From: Deltaproteobacteria bacterium
Lineage (GTDB): Bacteria; JAMCPX01
Length of the DNA stretch: 63,190 nt
NCBI GenBank assembly: GCA_023381995.1
Contig: JAMCVD010000036.1
Location: 450 to 63,639, forward strand
Direction: 5' to 3'
A program made the translations under genes and the position numbers. The notes beneath the pieces were generated by a model. It did not search any database. It was given only the letters and a program-made list of their open reading frames with translations, and had not been told where the DNA came from. Positions 40,326-49,980 of this stretch are shown in pieces (position 1 is the first letter of the stretch; each line of letters starts with the position of its first letter).

Positions 40326-41835
40326 TCATGCGGGCCTTCGGCCGGCACCAATAAGAATGAAAATTACTCAGACGCATACAGTATTCCCGTTTCCTGATTT
40401 GCTATGATACTATCCTCTGTAAAAGGAGGATATAAGTATGGAGATAATAATAGACAAAGGATGTGGGTTAGACGTCCACAAAGAGACAGTCGTGGCATGT
40501 GTCATGGGAAGCGGGATAAAGAAGGAAATTCGGACCTACTCTACGATGACCGGAGAATTGTACAAGATGAAGGAGTGGCTCAAAGGACTGGGGGTCACCC
40601 ATGTGGCGATGGAAAGCACGGGGGTCTACTGGAAACCGATATTCAACATACTGGAAGATAGTTTTGAAGTTATTCTCGTCAATGCCCGGCACATAAAGAA
40701 TGTCCCCGGACGCAAGACGGATGTGAAAGACTGTGAATGGATATGTAAGCTATTGCGCAGCGGGCTGGTCAACGGGAGTTTTATACCCCCGAGGGATATT
40801 CGGGAATTGAGAGATTTAACACGCTATCGGAGGAAACTGATAGAGGCGATAAGTGCAGAGAAAAACCGCGTACAGAAAGTGTTGGAAGATGCGAACATCA
40901 AGCTATCATCGGTGGTAACGGATAGTTTCGGTACCAGTGGCAGTGAAATTATAGAGGAATTGATGAGAGGGGAATTAACGATAGACCAGATGGCGGGTCT
41001 TGCTCGCGGTAAACTTATCAAGAAGAAAGAAAAGCTCAAGCAAGCATTACAGGGATACTTTACGGCACATCATAAATTCATGATACAGGTATCGCTGAAC
41101 CACATCAGCGCTATCGAGCAACAGATAGCAGCACTTGATGCGGCGATAGACGAGAAGCTGAAGAAGCATGAGAAGGAATATCAGTTATTACAGACCATAC
41201 CCGGGGTCAAAGAGCACGGAGCATCATCGATCATAGGGGAGATCGGGACGGAAATGGACAAATTTGCGAGCGAGGACCACCTCTCCTCATGGGCAGGGAT
41301 AAGTCCCGGGAACAACGAGAGCGCTGGTAAAAAAAGGAGTGGACACACGACACACGGAGACACCTTCCTCAAAAGCATCTTGGTAGAATGTGCGTGGGCC
41401 GCAGTAAGAACGAAAAACACGTATTTAAAAGGGAAATATCACAGCTTAGCAGGTAGGCGGGGGAAAAAGCGGGCATTGATAGCAGTCGGGCATAAGATAT
41501 TGATTATGTGCTATCACATTATAAAGTATAAACAGTCCTATAAAGAATTGGGGGCAGATTATCTGATACAACAAAGAAAACAACAGATCGTAAGAAGCCA
41601 TGTCAGAATGTTGAAGAAACTCGGCTACACGGTGGACATTAAGCAACCGGCTGCTGCGTAAGAGATTTGAAGAATTTGTAGGGAACAATGTCGGAAAGTA
41701 CTGGTGGTTTTTTTAACCCCGTAACAGAAACTGACAAGGCCGGTTGCAAGAACCAATAATTGTTGTCACAGAGCACGCGGAAGAAAATTTTACATATTCT
41801 AACTGGCCTTTTCCTACAATAAAACAGGGCTCATA
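40326..41835 (+). mobile_element. IS110-family insertion sequence (boundaries approximate)
   Basis: The transposase CDS is flanked by about 110 bp on the 5' side and about 175 bp on the 3' side of non-coding DNA. The left edge is where pabB homology stops. The right edge is the terminal IR of the IS21 remnant. Confidence 0.55.
40438..41661 (+). CDS. IS110-family transposase (DEDD RuvC-like domain plus Transposase_20 domain)
   Basis: GLDVHKETVV, VAMESTGVYW and GRKTDVKDCEWI (DEDD), with QTIPGV...A..IIGEIG in the C-domain. AGGAGG SD. Confidence 0.92.
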   Translation: MEIIIDKGCGLDVHKETVVACVMGSGIKKEIRTYSTMTGELYKMKEWLKGLGVTHVAMESTGVYWKPIFNILEDSFEVILVNARHIKNVPGRKTDVKDCEWICKLLRSGLVNGSFIPPRDIRELRDLTRYRRKLIEAISAEKNRVQKVLEDANIKLSSVVTDSFGTSGSEIIEELMRGELTIDQMAGLARGKLIKKKEKLKQALQGYFTAHHKFMIQVSLNHISAIEQQIAALDAAIDEKLKKHEKEYQLLQTIPGVKEHGASSIIGEIGTEMDKFASEDHLSSWAGISPGNNESAGKKRSGHTTHGDTFLKSILVECAWAAVRTKNTYLKGKYHSLAGRRGKKRALIAVGHKILIMCYHIIKYKQSYKELGADYLIQQRKQQIVRSHVRMLKKLGYTVDIKQPAAA

Positions 41836-41965
41836 TGTGTATTTCACTCAATTCTGCCACCTGTTTCAATTCAAAGTTGCCACTGATTACAATCCAATTC
41901 TGCCACCCCCATCGGAGCGTAAGCGACGCTGACATTTTTTCTTATCTCCTATAGTTCATTTTAAG

Positions 41966-42439
41966 TCAAGCCTTCCTTTGTTTTCTCATAGATTCCCCGG
42001 TAAGTTCAATCTTATATGCATTATGGACAAGCCGATCCAGGATGGCATCTGCAATGGTAGGGTCCATCATCACATCATGCCAGTTTTTAACAGGCAGTTG
42101 GCTGGTAACAATGGTAGACCTCAGTCCATGTCTATCTTCCATAATCTCAAGCAAGTCACGGCATTGGTGTTCTGTGAGTTTGGATAATCCAAAGTCATCA
42201 AGCACAAGAAGGTCTATCTTGGAAAAGGTTGTGAGTAGTTTATTGTATCTGCCATCTCCCTTTGCAATACCAAGTTCCTCAAGCAGTCGTGGCAATCTCT
42301 GATACAGGGCTTTGTAACCTTGTCTATATGCACTGTTTGCAAGGGCACAGGCAATATAAGATTTCCCTATACCTGTAGGTCCTGTTAAAAGGACGTTTTG
42401 ATAGTCTTTAATCCATTCACATGAGCCAAGCTTTAGCAA
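41966..42439 (-). pseudogene. istB: IstB-like ATPase, N-terminally truncated
   Basis: Walker A GPTGIGKSY, LLVLDDFG, ADAILDRLVHNAYKIELTGESMR. About 90 N-terminal residues are missing. Upstream DNA reads as istA C-terminal fragments in other frames. Confidence 0.8.
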
Positions 42440-42907
42440 AAGATGTTTATCCAGTCCTCTTTGACAACGTAGGTCAATATCCTTTGGTGTGCCTTGGGCA
42501 TGTGCTCGGTTACTGTCGTATGCTTGAATGGTTCATTACTCCTGATATGACTTGCTACACGGTTCCCCTTATACAGGCATTCAACAGTTTGAGCTGTTAT
42601 ACTCGCATCAATCTGCTGCCTTGTCCCTTGGCTTTCTTACCCTCGCAGGGATAACCACTGTCCCATAATACTTGCCATCTCCTGATACGTGGGGTTGATG
42701 TCTGGCTCATATCGACACACACGCGATACCCCAGAAAGCAGATTGTCGGGAACGATAAGCTCAGGTACACCTCCAAAATACTCAAATGCATGTACATGTG
42801 AGCTTATCCAGTTATAAAGCTCCTGACTCCAGGTTGCCTCAGCGTATGTGTAATTACTCGCTCCAAGTACTGCTACAAATACCTGTGCCTGCTGAATCTT
42901 GCCGGTG

Positions 42908-43384
42908 TTACGGTCGATTACAGGTATCGTTGTTCCACAGTAGTCTACAAACAGCTTCTCCTCCTGCCTTGTGATCCTGACGCATCACAACATCCAGCTT
43001 GCCTAACCACCTACGATAAAGCTGACAGAACCGGGTATATTGGTACCCATCAGGATATTGCTCCTTGTATTCCTGCCATAAAAGGGCTTTCGTTACATCC
43101 TTATTTTTGAGCTCTTCATGTACTTTTGACCAGTCAGGCTCAATCCTTGAACATGACAGAGTATTCAAAGTACCCTTGAACAACAGCCTCTCAAGTCCTG
43201 CATCGTCTATATCCGGGGAAATCGGCCATGTTAAGCCTGTCTGCTTTGCCCTGCGGATATAATCAGCTACAGTAGGTCTGGATACACAGCAACTGAGTGC
43301 TATCTGACGGTTACTGAGACCATTCTCATACTTTAAACGCAATATCTCTTTAACCTTACGCATGGTTATTCGCTCCCTTGGCAT
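42908..43384 (-). pseudogene. istA: IstA transposase N-terminal fragment (HTH domains), frameshifted after about 145 aa
   Basis: MRKVKEILRLKYENGLSNRQIA..SRPTVADYIRRA and LWQEYKEQYPDGYQYTRFCQLYRRW. The DDE core is absent or fragmented downstream. Confidence 0.8.
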
Positions 43385-43553
43385 CTGAACCTCCTCTTTT
43401 CGATTTTAAGAGGTCCAGAATACCACTTCTTTGATTAAGCCAGCGTTTGTACGAGACCCTTTGGAGATGGGCCCCGCCCGATTTGATTGAAATCAGTGAC
43501 CGATTTGCATTGAAATACACACTTTTGGGGTTAAAAAGCGGGATATGCGGCAC

Positions 43554-44372
43554 TTATCTCACAAGGTACTCTGAATGAACAGTTTTAAAGAGGTATGGGA
43601 TAAAAAAGAATGCAACTATTGATAAGAAAAATAGGACAATGGTCAATAGTGCAGATCTTCTCCCAACCCAGTTTCTGTTAAGTCTGAGATGCAGGAATAG
43701 TCCGTATGCAAGCCATACTACGAGTGACCATGTCTCTACGGGATCAAATCCCCAGTACCTGCCCCATGCATTGTTTGCCCATATAGAGCCTGCTATTATC
43801 ATTATAACACAGAAAGCAAAGCCCAGTGCATTAAACCTGTAGATAGCGATATCGAGCTTATCTAAAGACTGGTGAGGCAACAACTGTTTATGTTTATCAT
43901 TGTCTTTATAGAGATAAAGCACAGCGCTTCCAAATGCTATGAGAAATGAGCCAACAGTAAGCTTTGCAAACAGCACATGAAGGACAAGCCAGTAGCTTCT
44001 TAGTGAGGGCGGAAGCGGTATATCCCTTGCAGATGCCATTAAGCCGAAACCGAGGGCAAGGAAGATTACGGGGATCACAACAAATGACGCCTGTTTTAAA
44101 AAAGTCAGCCTTTTTTGTACAAGAAGATAAAACAACATCGCCACCCATGTATTGGAGCTTATAACCTCGTACATGTTAATATAAGGACCGTGTCCAACCC
44201 TTATCCATCTTATGAGTATCGAGGCACCGTGAGGCACAAGGCCGATAGCACATAATAAAAGTGCGATATGAGTAAGCCTTTCTTTTTTGAACACGAATCC
44301 GATGATAGCAAAGATACTGCCAAACCCGTACAGACTTACGGCAATCCAGTAAAGGATGATTTCTTCTTTCAT
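43554..44372 (-). CDS. ccsA: System II cytochrome c biogenesis protein CcsA (ResC)
   Basis: WWD-type haem-handling motif WANNAWGRYWGFDPVETWSLV. Multi-TM. ATGA overlap with resB. Confidence 0.9.
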   Translation of the reverse strand: MKEEIILYWIAVSLYGFGSIFAIIGFVFKKERLTHIALLLCAIGLVPHGASILIRWIRVGHGPYINMYEVISSNTWVAMLFYLLVQKRLTFLKQASFVVIPVIFLALGFGLMASARDIPLPPSLRSYWLVLHVLFAKLTVGSFLIAFGSAVLYLYKDNDKHKQLLPHQSLDKLDIAIYRFNALGFAFCVIMIIAGSIWANNAWGRYWGFDPVETWSLVVWLAYGLFLHLRLNRNWVGRRSALLTIVLFFLSIVAFFFIPYLFKTVHSEYLVR

Positions 44373-45724
44373 GATTCACACTCCTCTTCAATCTCTTCCA
44401 TCTCTTCCATCTCCTGTTTGTAGGTATTCTCTGTGGTAAGTCTACTATAGGACTTTGCACCAATAAAGAGCCTTTTATCTTCATAAGCAAGCCAGAGCCT
44501 TTTTGGTATAATAAATACAAAACTAAGGATAGAAAGCGCGAGCAAAACGAACCCGGTAAATACAACAGGTACACCGTAATCTCTTGAAACATAAAAGCCT
44601 GTCCATTTTACCATGTTATGAAAGACCAATTCAAAGTCCCCAAGCGAAATCACATCTCCGTTTTTAATATTGTTGTAATGAAGGGTTTTATCGCTTTCCA
44701 AGATCTCAATAGATAACCTATCAGGGTTAGATACATCCACGCTCAATATACTCAGATAACCAAGTATGGGAATATTAAACTGCTGGGTAAGTACACCCAT
44801 AGTGTTCTTTTTATAGGGAAAGTTCACATACCCTGTTGTTTCATAACCTGTAGCTTTATCCACAAGACCGAAATAGGCGGAGTAGCCATAATAGTTTGTT
44901 TGATAAAAGCTAAATCCTTCTAACCTGAGTGGTTTGTTCATCTCAACGTCCTTAGAAAATAAAGGTGTTCCGTTTTTATAAACCTCTACAATGCTCTTAT
45001 AAAGCCTTGGATGGTCTTTGTCCCAGTATGTTACATGAAAGCTTTTCAATCTAATCTGAAAATCAAGTTGAGGCTTTACATGCAGAAAGCCGTACGAGCT
45101 GCCTAAGAAATTCGGCTCTCCTATGGGGAACAATTGTCCCTCCGACAGCTCAATATGTCCTTTAAAGAATGTAAGCCCTGTTATAAGCACCCCTGTCAGG
45201 ATAATCAACATAGATAGATGAAGAAGGGGAATGCCTAAAAGCCCCATAGTATGCTTTGATGCTACAAAACCATCAGCATAAGCCTTTATCCTGTAACCCT
45301 TGCGCTTCAATGTATGCGTAATCTTTTCTTTGAACTCATCTCCGTTGTTATTTACCGGAATAGTCTCATGGATTTTAAGTCCAGCTATCTCCTGTGATGA
45401 CATGGGACGATAATCGCCAAGCTGTTTGATCACGATCTTTATCCGCTCGTAAGAGTTTAAGGCTATGTTAAAAGAGAAAATCAGCACAATGCTGAGAAAC
45501 CACCATGTTGTGTAAACATGATCAATCCCGAGAAAAGATATAAGCTTTGTGAGATATGGGTATGATGCATGAAGGTAAAAATACCCGCCGCTTTCTTCCC
45601 AGTTCCATTGAGGAATCAATGTCGAGAGAACAAGAAAAGCAGCTATTAAGATGATAAAGACCGCAGCAAGCCTTCGCGACCTCAAAATGGTTAACAGCTT
45701 TTTTATTTTATTGTCTATCAACAC
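44369..45724 (-). CDS. resB: System II cytochrome c biogenesis protein ResB/CcsB
   Basis: ResB-type N-terminus (LRSRRLAAVFIILIAAFLVLSTLIPQ), a large periplasmic loop and C-terminal TMs. Immediately upstream of ccsA. Confidence 0.85.
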   Translation of the reverse strand: MLIDNKIKKLLTILRSRRLAAVFIILIAAFLVLSTLIPQWNWEESGGYFYLHASYPYLTKLISFLGIDHVYTTWWFLSIVLIFSFNIALNSYERIKIVIKQLGDYRPMSSQEIAGLKIHETIPVNNNGDEFKEKITHTLKRKGYRIKAYADGFVASKHTMGLLGIPLLHLSMLIILTGVLITGLTFFKGHIELSEGQLFPIGEPNFLGSSYGFLHVKPQLDFQIRLKSFHVTYWDKDHPRLYKSIVEVYKNGTPLFSKDVEMNKPLRLEGFSFYQTNYYGYSAYFGLVDKATGYETTGYVNFPYKKNTMGVLTQQFNIPILGYLSILSVDVSNPDRLSIEILESDKTLHYNNIKNGDVISLGDFELVFHNMVKWTGFYVSRDYGVPVVFTGFVLLALSILSFVFIIPKRLWLAYEDKRLFIGAKSYSRLTTENTYKQEMEEMEEIEEECES

Positions 45725-48520
45725 TTAACCGCAGCTATCAACTGCGCCCGTACTATGACAGTACCACTCGCGCCAGTTGCCGCTGGTTGCCCAGTTAATC
45801 CCGGAGTGGAGTCCATAGTTGGGTATGCTCATGTACGGCGATGGATCACAGTCATCAAATCTCAGCAGTCTGTACCGCTTCCACCCATGGGGTATGGCAA
45901 CATGACATGCCTGACATGGCCTTATATTATGTCTGTTGGTGTGAAGGTTTTGTATGCCCTGAACAAATCCTGTATTTGCAAAATTAGGGTCATGACAGTT
46001 AAAGCACCATATCCTTCCGGAATCCGTGCTGTACTTAACCGTATTGTTCCATGCATTATAAGGACTACCCACAGGCACTTTAAGAATGAATGGATTTATA
46101 GAGCCGTGCGGTCCTTCCGGCGTTGAGCTTGATGCATTGTCTATACCGTGACAGCTACTGCATCTGAGCTTTGCTGTTCTGATCTGTGCGTTTGTCAGTC
46201 CTGAAAGCGTTGGCTCCATCACACCAATGTATGTCGCGTTAAAATTGCCGTAGGTTGTGCTTGCCCGCGGCGTAACATTGCCGATATTTGGTCCGTATGA
46301 ATTACATCCCGCGCCTGATGCAGGTAATACGGATGCTGTCTGGTCGGCTTCTACATAATGATACGACCAGTTATTCACATTGAGTTCCTGCGCCATGTTC
46401 GTCTGCTGCCATGATGCAGAGGGCGTGGGATTGGGTGCGTTTGCTGCAAGCCCATAAGCCCAGTTGGAATGACACTTAAGGCACAGTTTGTAATCAAGGT
46501 TTATGTTTGTTGCCCCGCCGGATTGAGCCAGTGTAACGGATGCGTTGGGTGCATAAACGTAATTGGAAGATACGAGGTCAACGAAATCCTGCTGCGGGTT
46601 TGTTACTGTTACGCCGCTTGCTCCATACAGAGGGATGGAAGCCGTCGCTGTGTGCGCGTTATGACAGTCCGCACATGCCACATGTCTGTTTGCACCACTC
46701 AACGTTCCATCGTTGAATAACAGCCCTTCTCCATAAGGCTTATGCAGATAGCTTGTCGTGGTTATCGGATGCAGGTATGGCTTGTTAAAAGCACTGTCTA
46801 TGGATGTTGATACCGCACTCATCGCAGCTACATTGTAGTAATCCTTGTTGGGCGCATTCGGATTGTTCGCACCGTGGCACTGGAAACAAAATCTCTCTTC
46901 AAGCGGCGACGGCGGCAGACCTGATTGAAGGTATGGAAGCAGCCATAAGCCAAGCGGGGCAAGTATGGATGAAAGTGTTGAATCGTGTAAGCCAAACACA
47001 TAAGGGTAGGTTGTTATCTGGGCACTCTGTGCACTCTTTGGATAGAGTGTATCATTGTGACACTTGGTGCAGTTTGCATTAAATGTATTGTTATAATTAC
47101 AGCCTGTCTCTGTAGAAGAGGTGAAAAGCGATGATACTTGATAGTTGTGTGCGGATGCATTGTATGCCGAGACCTGATTTGCGGGTATATCTGCCACAGG
47201 GATGTAGGGCGTGGTTGTCGTGCTGTCGGGTTGTGAATAGCTCTTTGTCTGGAGTGTCAAATGGCAGGAAAGACAGATACCAGGTGTTGATGTGCTGTTC
47301 ACGAAATCCGTGTTTGTAAATGTATTGGCTGATGTGGGTGTAGGCGATAAGGAGATGGCTGTCCTTAGGTTATAAGCCCTGCCGCCGGTTGATACGTTTA
47401 CATCGGGGCTGAATACATCGTGATCCGCATGACACATAAGGCATCTGCGATTCGTATCTGATGTTCCTTCGAGTGTGGCCGGTATGGAAAGCAGCGGATA
47501 CACTGCCTGTGTGTTGTTCATGTAATGATGGAAGTCCGTTGTCGTATTCATGGGATTGAATATGGACGAATGACACTGGATGCAGTCCTGCGCGCCATGG
47601 CTTTCCGTAAACTCAAACCCGTTGCCGTGCGGATGACATGCCATACAGTTCTGTCCATTGTGATGCGTCTGACCACTGCATGCGAGTGTAAATGTTGTGC
47701 CCGATGTGTATCTGTGATGATTCGTCTGAGTATGACATGTTTCGCATATATTTGATGTGTAGTAGTTTATACCGCCTGATGTTGTAAATGTTGTCCCATC
47801 TGCAAACGAATGTGTTCCGGTGTTGTTGTAAAAGTATATATTGTTCCATCCTGCCGTGTACATCCTTGATCTGATAAGCCTGCCGTAAAAGATGCTGTAG
47901 CTCGCACCGACACTTGTGGATGCACTCAGCCCTGATGTGCCCTGCACTATCTGTACTGTAAGCGTGTTTGTATTATTATCTGTTATCATAAAGACAGCAG
48001 GCTGGTTTGTATCGGGATAGATAGTGTTTGTTATTGTAGCGGTGTTCGGGACAAGGATACTGTCCTTCCATTGACCCACTACCCAGTTTGCCGATGCGTC
48101 AGTAAGTGTTGTTGCCGTTACACCCGAAACAGTGCCTGTAAAGATATAAGCCTGCGTACCAAAAGCGCGCCACTGCTCTTGCTGATGTGGATCATGACAG
48201 TTTGTGCATTGTCTTGACCATGTCCCATACTTTGTTGTGGTTGTCGTTGAAGAATGACCTTGAACAAAATCTGCTATGGTGCCGTTGTGACAGCTCTGGC
48301 ACAGGTTGTCTATGGTGACTGCTGTATTTGTCAGAAGAAAGCCTGCTGTACCCGCATTATGGGCAACATGACAGCCTGTAATGTTGCCCTGAGGGTTTGA
48401 TAGGCATGATATGCCATAAGACATATTATGGGGCGGGTCTGTCGCATAAACAACAGACGGCAACAATAGTATGAAAAGCATGATAATAAAGTGTATGCCA
48501 AATTGTTTTAATTCCTTCAT
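45725..48520 (-). CDS. Large secreted multihaem c-type cytochrome with 14 CXXCH motifs plus one possible CX10CH site. Thr/Asn/Ser-rich.
   Basis: Signal peptide IIMLFILLLPSVVYA. Motifs, in order: CQSCH, CTNCH, CETCH, CMACH, CIQCH, CLMCH, CLSCH, CTKCH, CFQCH, CADCH, CLKCH, CSSCH, CFNCH, CQACH. Confidence 0.9.
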   Translation of the reverse strand: MKELKQFGIHFIIMLFILLLPSVVYATDPPHNMSYGISCLSNPQGNITGCHVAHNAGTAGFLLTNTAVTIDNLCQSCHNGTIADFVQGHSSTTTTTKYGTWSRQCTNCHDPHQQEQWRAFGTQAYIFTGTVSGVTATTLTDASANWVVGQWKDSILVPNTATITNTIYPDTNQPAVFMITDNNTNTLTVQIVQGTSGLSASTSVGASYSIFYGRLIRSRMYTAGWNNIYFYNNTGTHSFADGTTFTTSGGINYYTSNICETCHTQTNHHRYTSGTTFTLACSGQTHHNGQNCMACHPHGNGFEFTESHGAQDCIQCHSSIFNPMNTTTDFHHYMNNTQAVYPLLSIPATLEGTSDTNRRCLMCHADHDVFSPDVNVSTGGRAYNLRTAISLSPTPTSANTFTNTDFVNSTSTPGICLSCHLTLQTKSYSQPDSTTTTPYIPVADIPANQVSAYNASAHNYQVSSLFTSSTETGCNYNNTFNANCTKCHNDTLYPKSAQSAQITTYPYVFGLHDSTLSSILAPLGLWLLPYLQSGLPPSPLEERFCFQCHGANNPNAPNKDYYNVAAMSAVSTSIDSAFNKPYLHPITTTSYLHKPYGEGLLFNDGTLSGANRHVACADCHNAHTATASIPLYGASGVTVTNPQQDFVDLVSSNYVYAPNASVTLAQSGGATNINLDYKLCLKCHSNWAYGLAANAPNPTPSASWQQTNMAQELNVNNWSYHYVEADQTASVLPASGAGCNSYGPNIGNVTPRASTTYGNFNATYIGVMEPTLSGLTNAQIRTAKLRCSSCHGIDNASSSTPEGPHGSINPFILKVPVGSPYNAWNNTVKYSTDSGRIWCFNCHDPNFANTGFVQGIQNLHTNRHNIRPCQACHVAIPHGWKRYRLLRFDDCDPSPYMSIPNYGLHSGINWATSGNWREWYCHSTGAVDSCG

Positions 48521-49980
48521 GGATTTAAAGCCTCTTTTTGCATCATATACCGTATCTGCTCATCGTCTTTCATCATGCCCCTTAGCTTGGCGCCTATGTA
48601 TGAATTCTTCATGAGTATCGTCATAAGTCTGACCATAAATCTTCTTTTGTCCATGGACAGGGATTTCAACTGCCTCATCTTGTGCATATAAAATTCCTTT
48701 GTCGTCTGTACAAGAGCATCCTCGAGCTCGCTGAGCTCCATTGCATCAGGCTTAACAACAGGCTCAACGAGGTTATACCTTCTGTAGTCTTTTACGGTTA
48801 TGTGCTCTTTGAGCTGAGGGTATATGTCACTGTAGGGCCAGGGTGCTATTGCGAGGAAAAAAGCCATGTCCGGGTTATAATAAACCGCCGTATCAAGTGC
48901 ATGGCTTATCGTGTCATGGGTTTCGTAGGGCATGCCAAGCACAAAGCTTGTCTCGGATATAATCCCTGCTTTGTTTATAATATCTATTGCCCTCTTGCTC
49001 TGTTCAGCCTTTATATCTTTTTTGAACAATTCAAGTGATGTATTGCTACCTGATTCTACGCCGACATATATATGGGATACCCCTGCCTTTACATAAAGGT
49101 CCATTATATCTTCGTCTCTGACAATGTCATCTACCCTTGTTTCAAGAAGGAGCTTGATCTTCAAGCCTTTCTGGATAATTAGATTTAGTATATCAACCCA
49201 TCGCTGCCTGTTTGCCGTAGGGTATTCATCGGCAAGCATGACGACTTTTACGCCATAGCGTTCTGAAAGCATCTCAAGCTCATTTACAAATGATAGGGCT
49301 GATCTCTGTCTCCATCTTTTTTCCCAGAAAAGCTGCTGTGAGCAGAAACTGCATTGATGAATGCATCCTCTGGAAGAGCTTACTATGCCAAGCGTAGCAT
49401 TATCGTCGGGGAAATAGCGATAGTCTTCCCAGTTCACCAGATCCCATGCAGGCGTTAATGCATCAAGCGACATGGAAAGCTCGCGGTTGGGCGTTACCCG
49501 TATGACATTATTTTCTTTAAACGCAATACCCTTTACATGCCCCATATTTCCGCATGCATTTATGGCGTCAAGGAGCTCCACAAAAGTAACCTCTCCCTCT
49601 CCGCGAACAACATAATCAATAGAGCTATGGTCGTTAAGCAGCTCGTTGAACATGAATGTCGGGTGCACATTGCCAATCACCGTAATGATATGCTCATCTA
49701 TCATCTTAGCATGGCTTAAAACCTCAACCGCATCAGGCAAGGATGCTGTTATTGCAGTTGTAGCAACCACATCAGGCCTGTCGGTTATTATTTTTCTGAT
49801 TATATCTTCATGGGTATGAAACAGGCTCATTGCATCGTAAATCTCAACATCATAGCCTGCCTGCCTTAATGAGCCTGCTATATATACAAGCCCGAGCGGC
49901 AGCCATACACCTGCTGATTCCACAACACCGGAGTGATATGGCGGTGTAACAAGCATAACCTTTTTTACGCGCTTACGCAT
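48517..49980 (-). CDS. B12-binding-domain radical SAM protein (class B)
   Basis: N-terminal cobalamin-binding-like Rossmann segment (MLVTPPY...LGLVYIAGSLRQAGYDVEIYD) and the cluster motif CIHQCSFC. 4-nt and 8-nt overlaps with its neighbours. Confidence 0.85.
   Translation of the reverse strand: MRKRVKKVMLVTPPYHSGVVESAGVWLPLGLVYIAGSLRQAGYDVEIYDAMSLFHTHEDIIRKIITDRPDVVATTAITASLPDAVEVLSHAKMIDEHIITVIGNVHPTFMFNELLNDHSSIDYVVRGEGEVTFVELLDAINACGNMGHVKGIAFKENNVIRVTPNRELSMSLDALTPAWDLVNWEDYRYFPDDNATLGIVSSSRGCIHQCSFCSQQLFWEKRWRQRSALSFVNELEMLSERYGVKVVMLADEYPTANRQRWVDILNLIIQKGLKIKLLLETRVDDIVRDEDIMDLYVKAGVSHIYVGVESGSNTSLELFKKDIKAEQSKRAIDIINKAGIISETSFVLGMPYETHDTISHALDTAVYYNPDMAFFLAIAPWPYSDIYPQLKEHITVKDYRRYNLVEPVVKPDAMELSELEDALVQTTKEFYMHKMRQLKSLSMDKRRFMVRLMTILMKNSYIGAKLRGMMKDDEQIRYMMQKEALNP

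Larger units (their letters stand above)
41836..43521 (-). mobile_element. Internally deleted IS21-family element (about 1.7 kb)
   Basis: Terminal inverted repeats TGTGTATTTCA at 41836..41846 and TGAAATACACA at 43511..43521. Sub-terminal repeats CAATTCTGCCACC x2 near 41850-41910. Fragments of istA and istB lie between the ends. Confidence 0.75.

Noticed and set aside
40404-40661. 85-aa ORF overlapping the start of the IS110 transposase. Also ORFs 40468..40692(-), 41744..41932(+) and 41446..41688(-).
   Set aside because: They are out-of-frame overlaps with the transposase, or lie in the IS flank and use a TTG start. No SD and no recognisable family.
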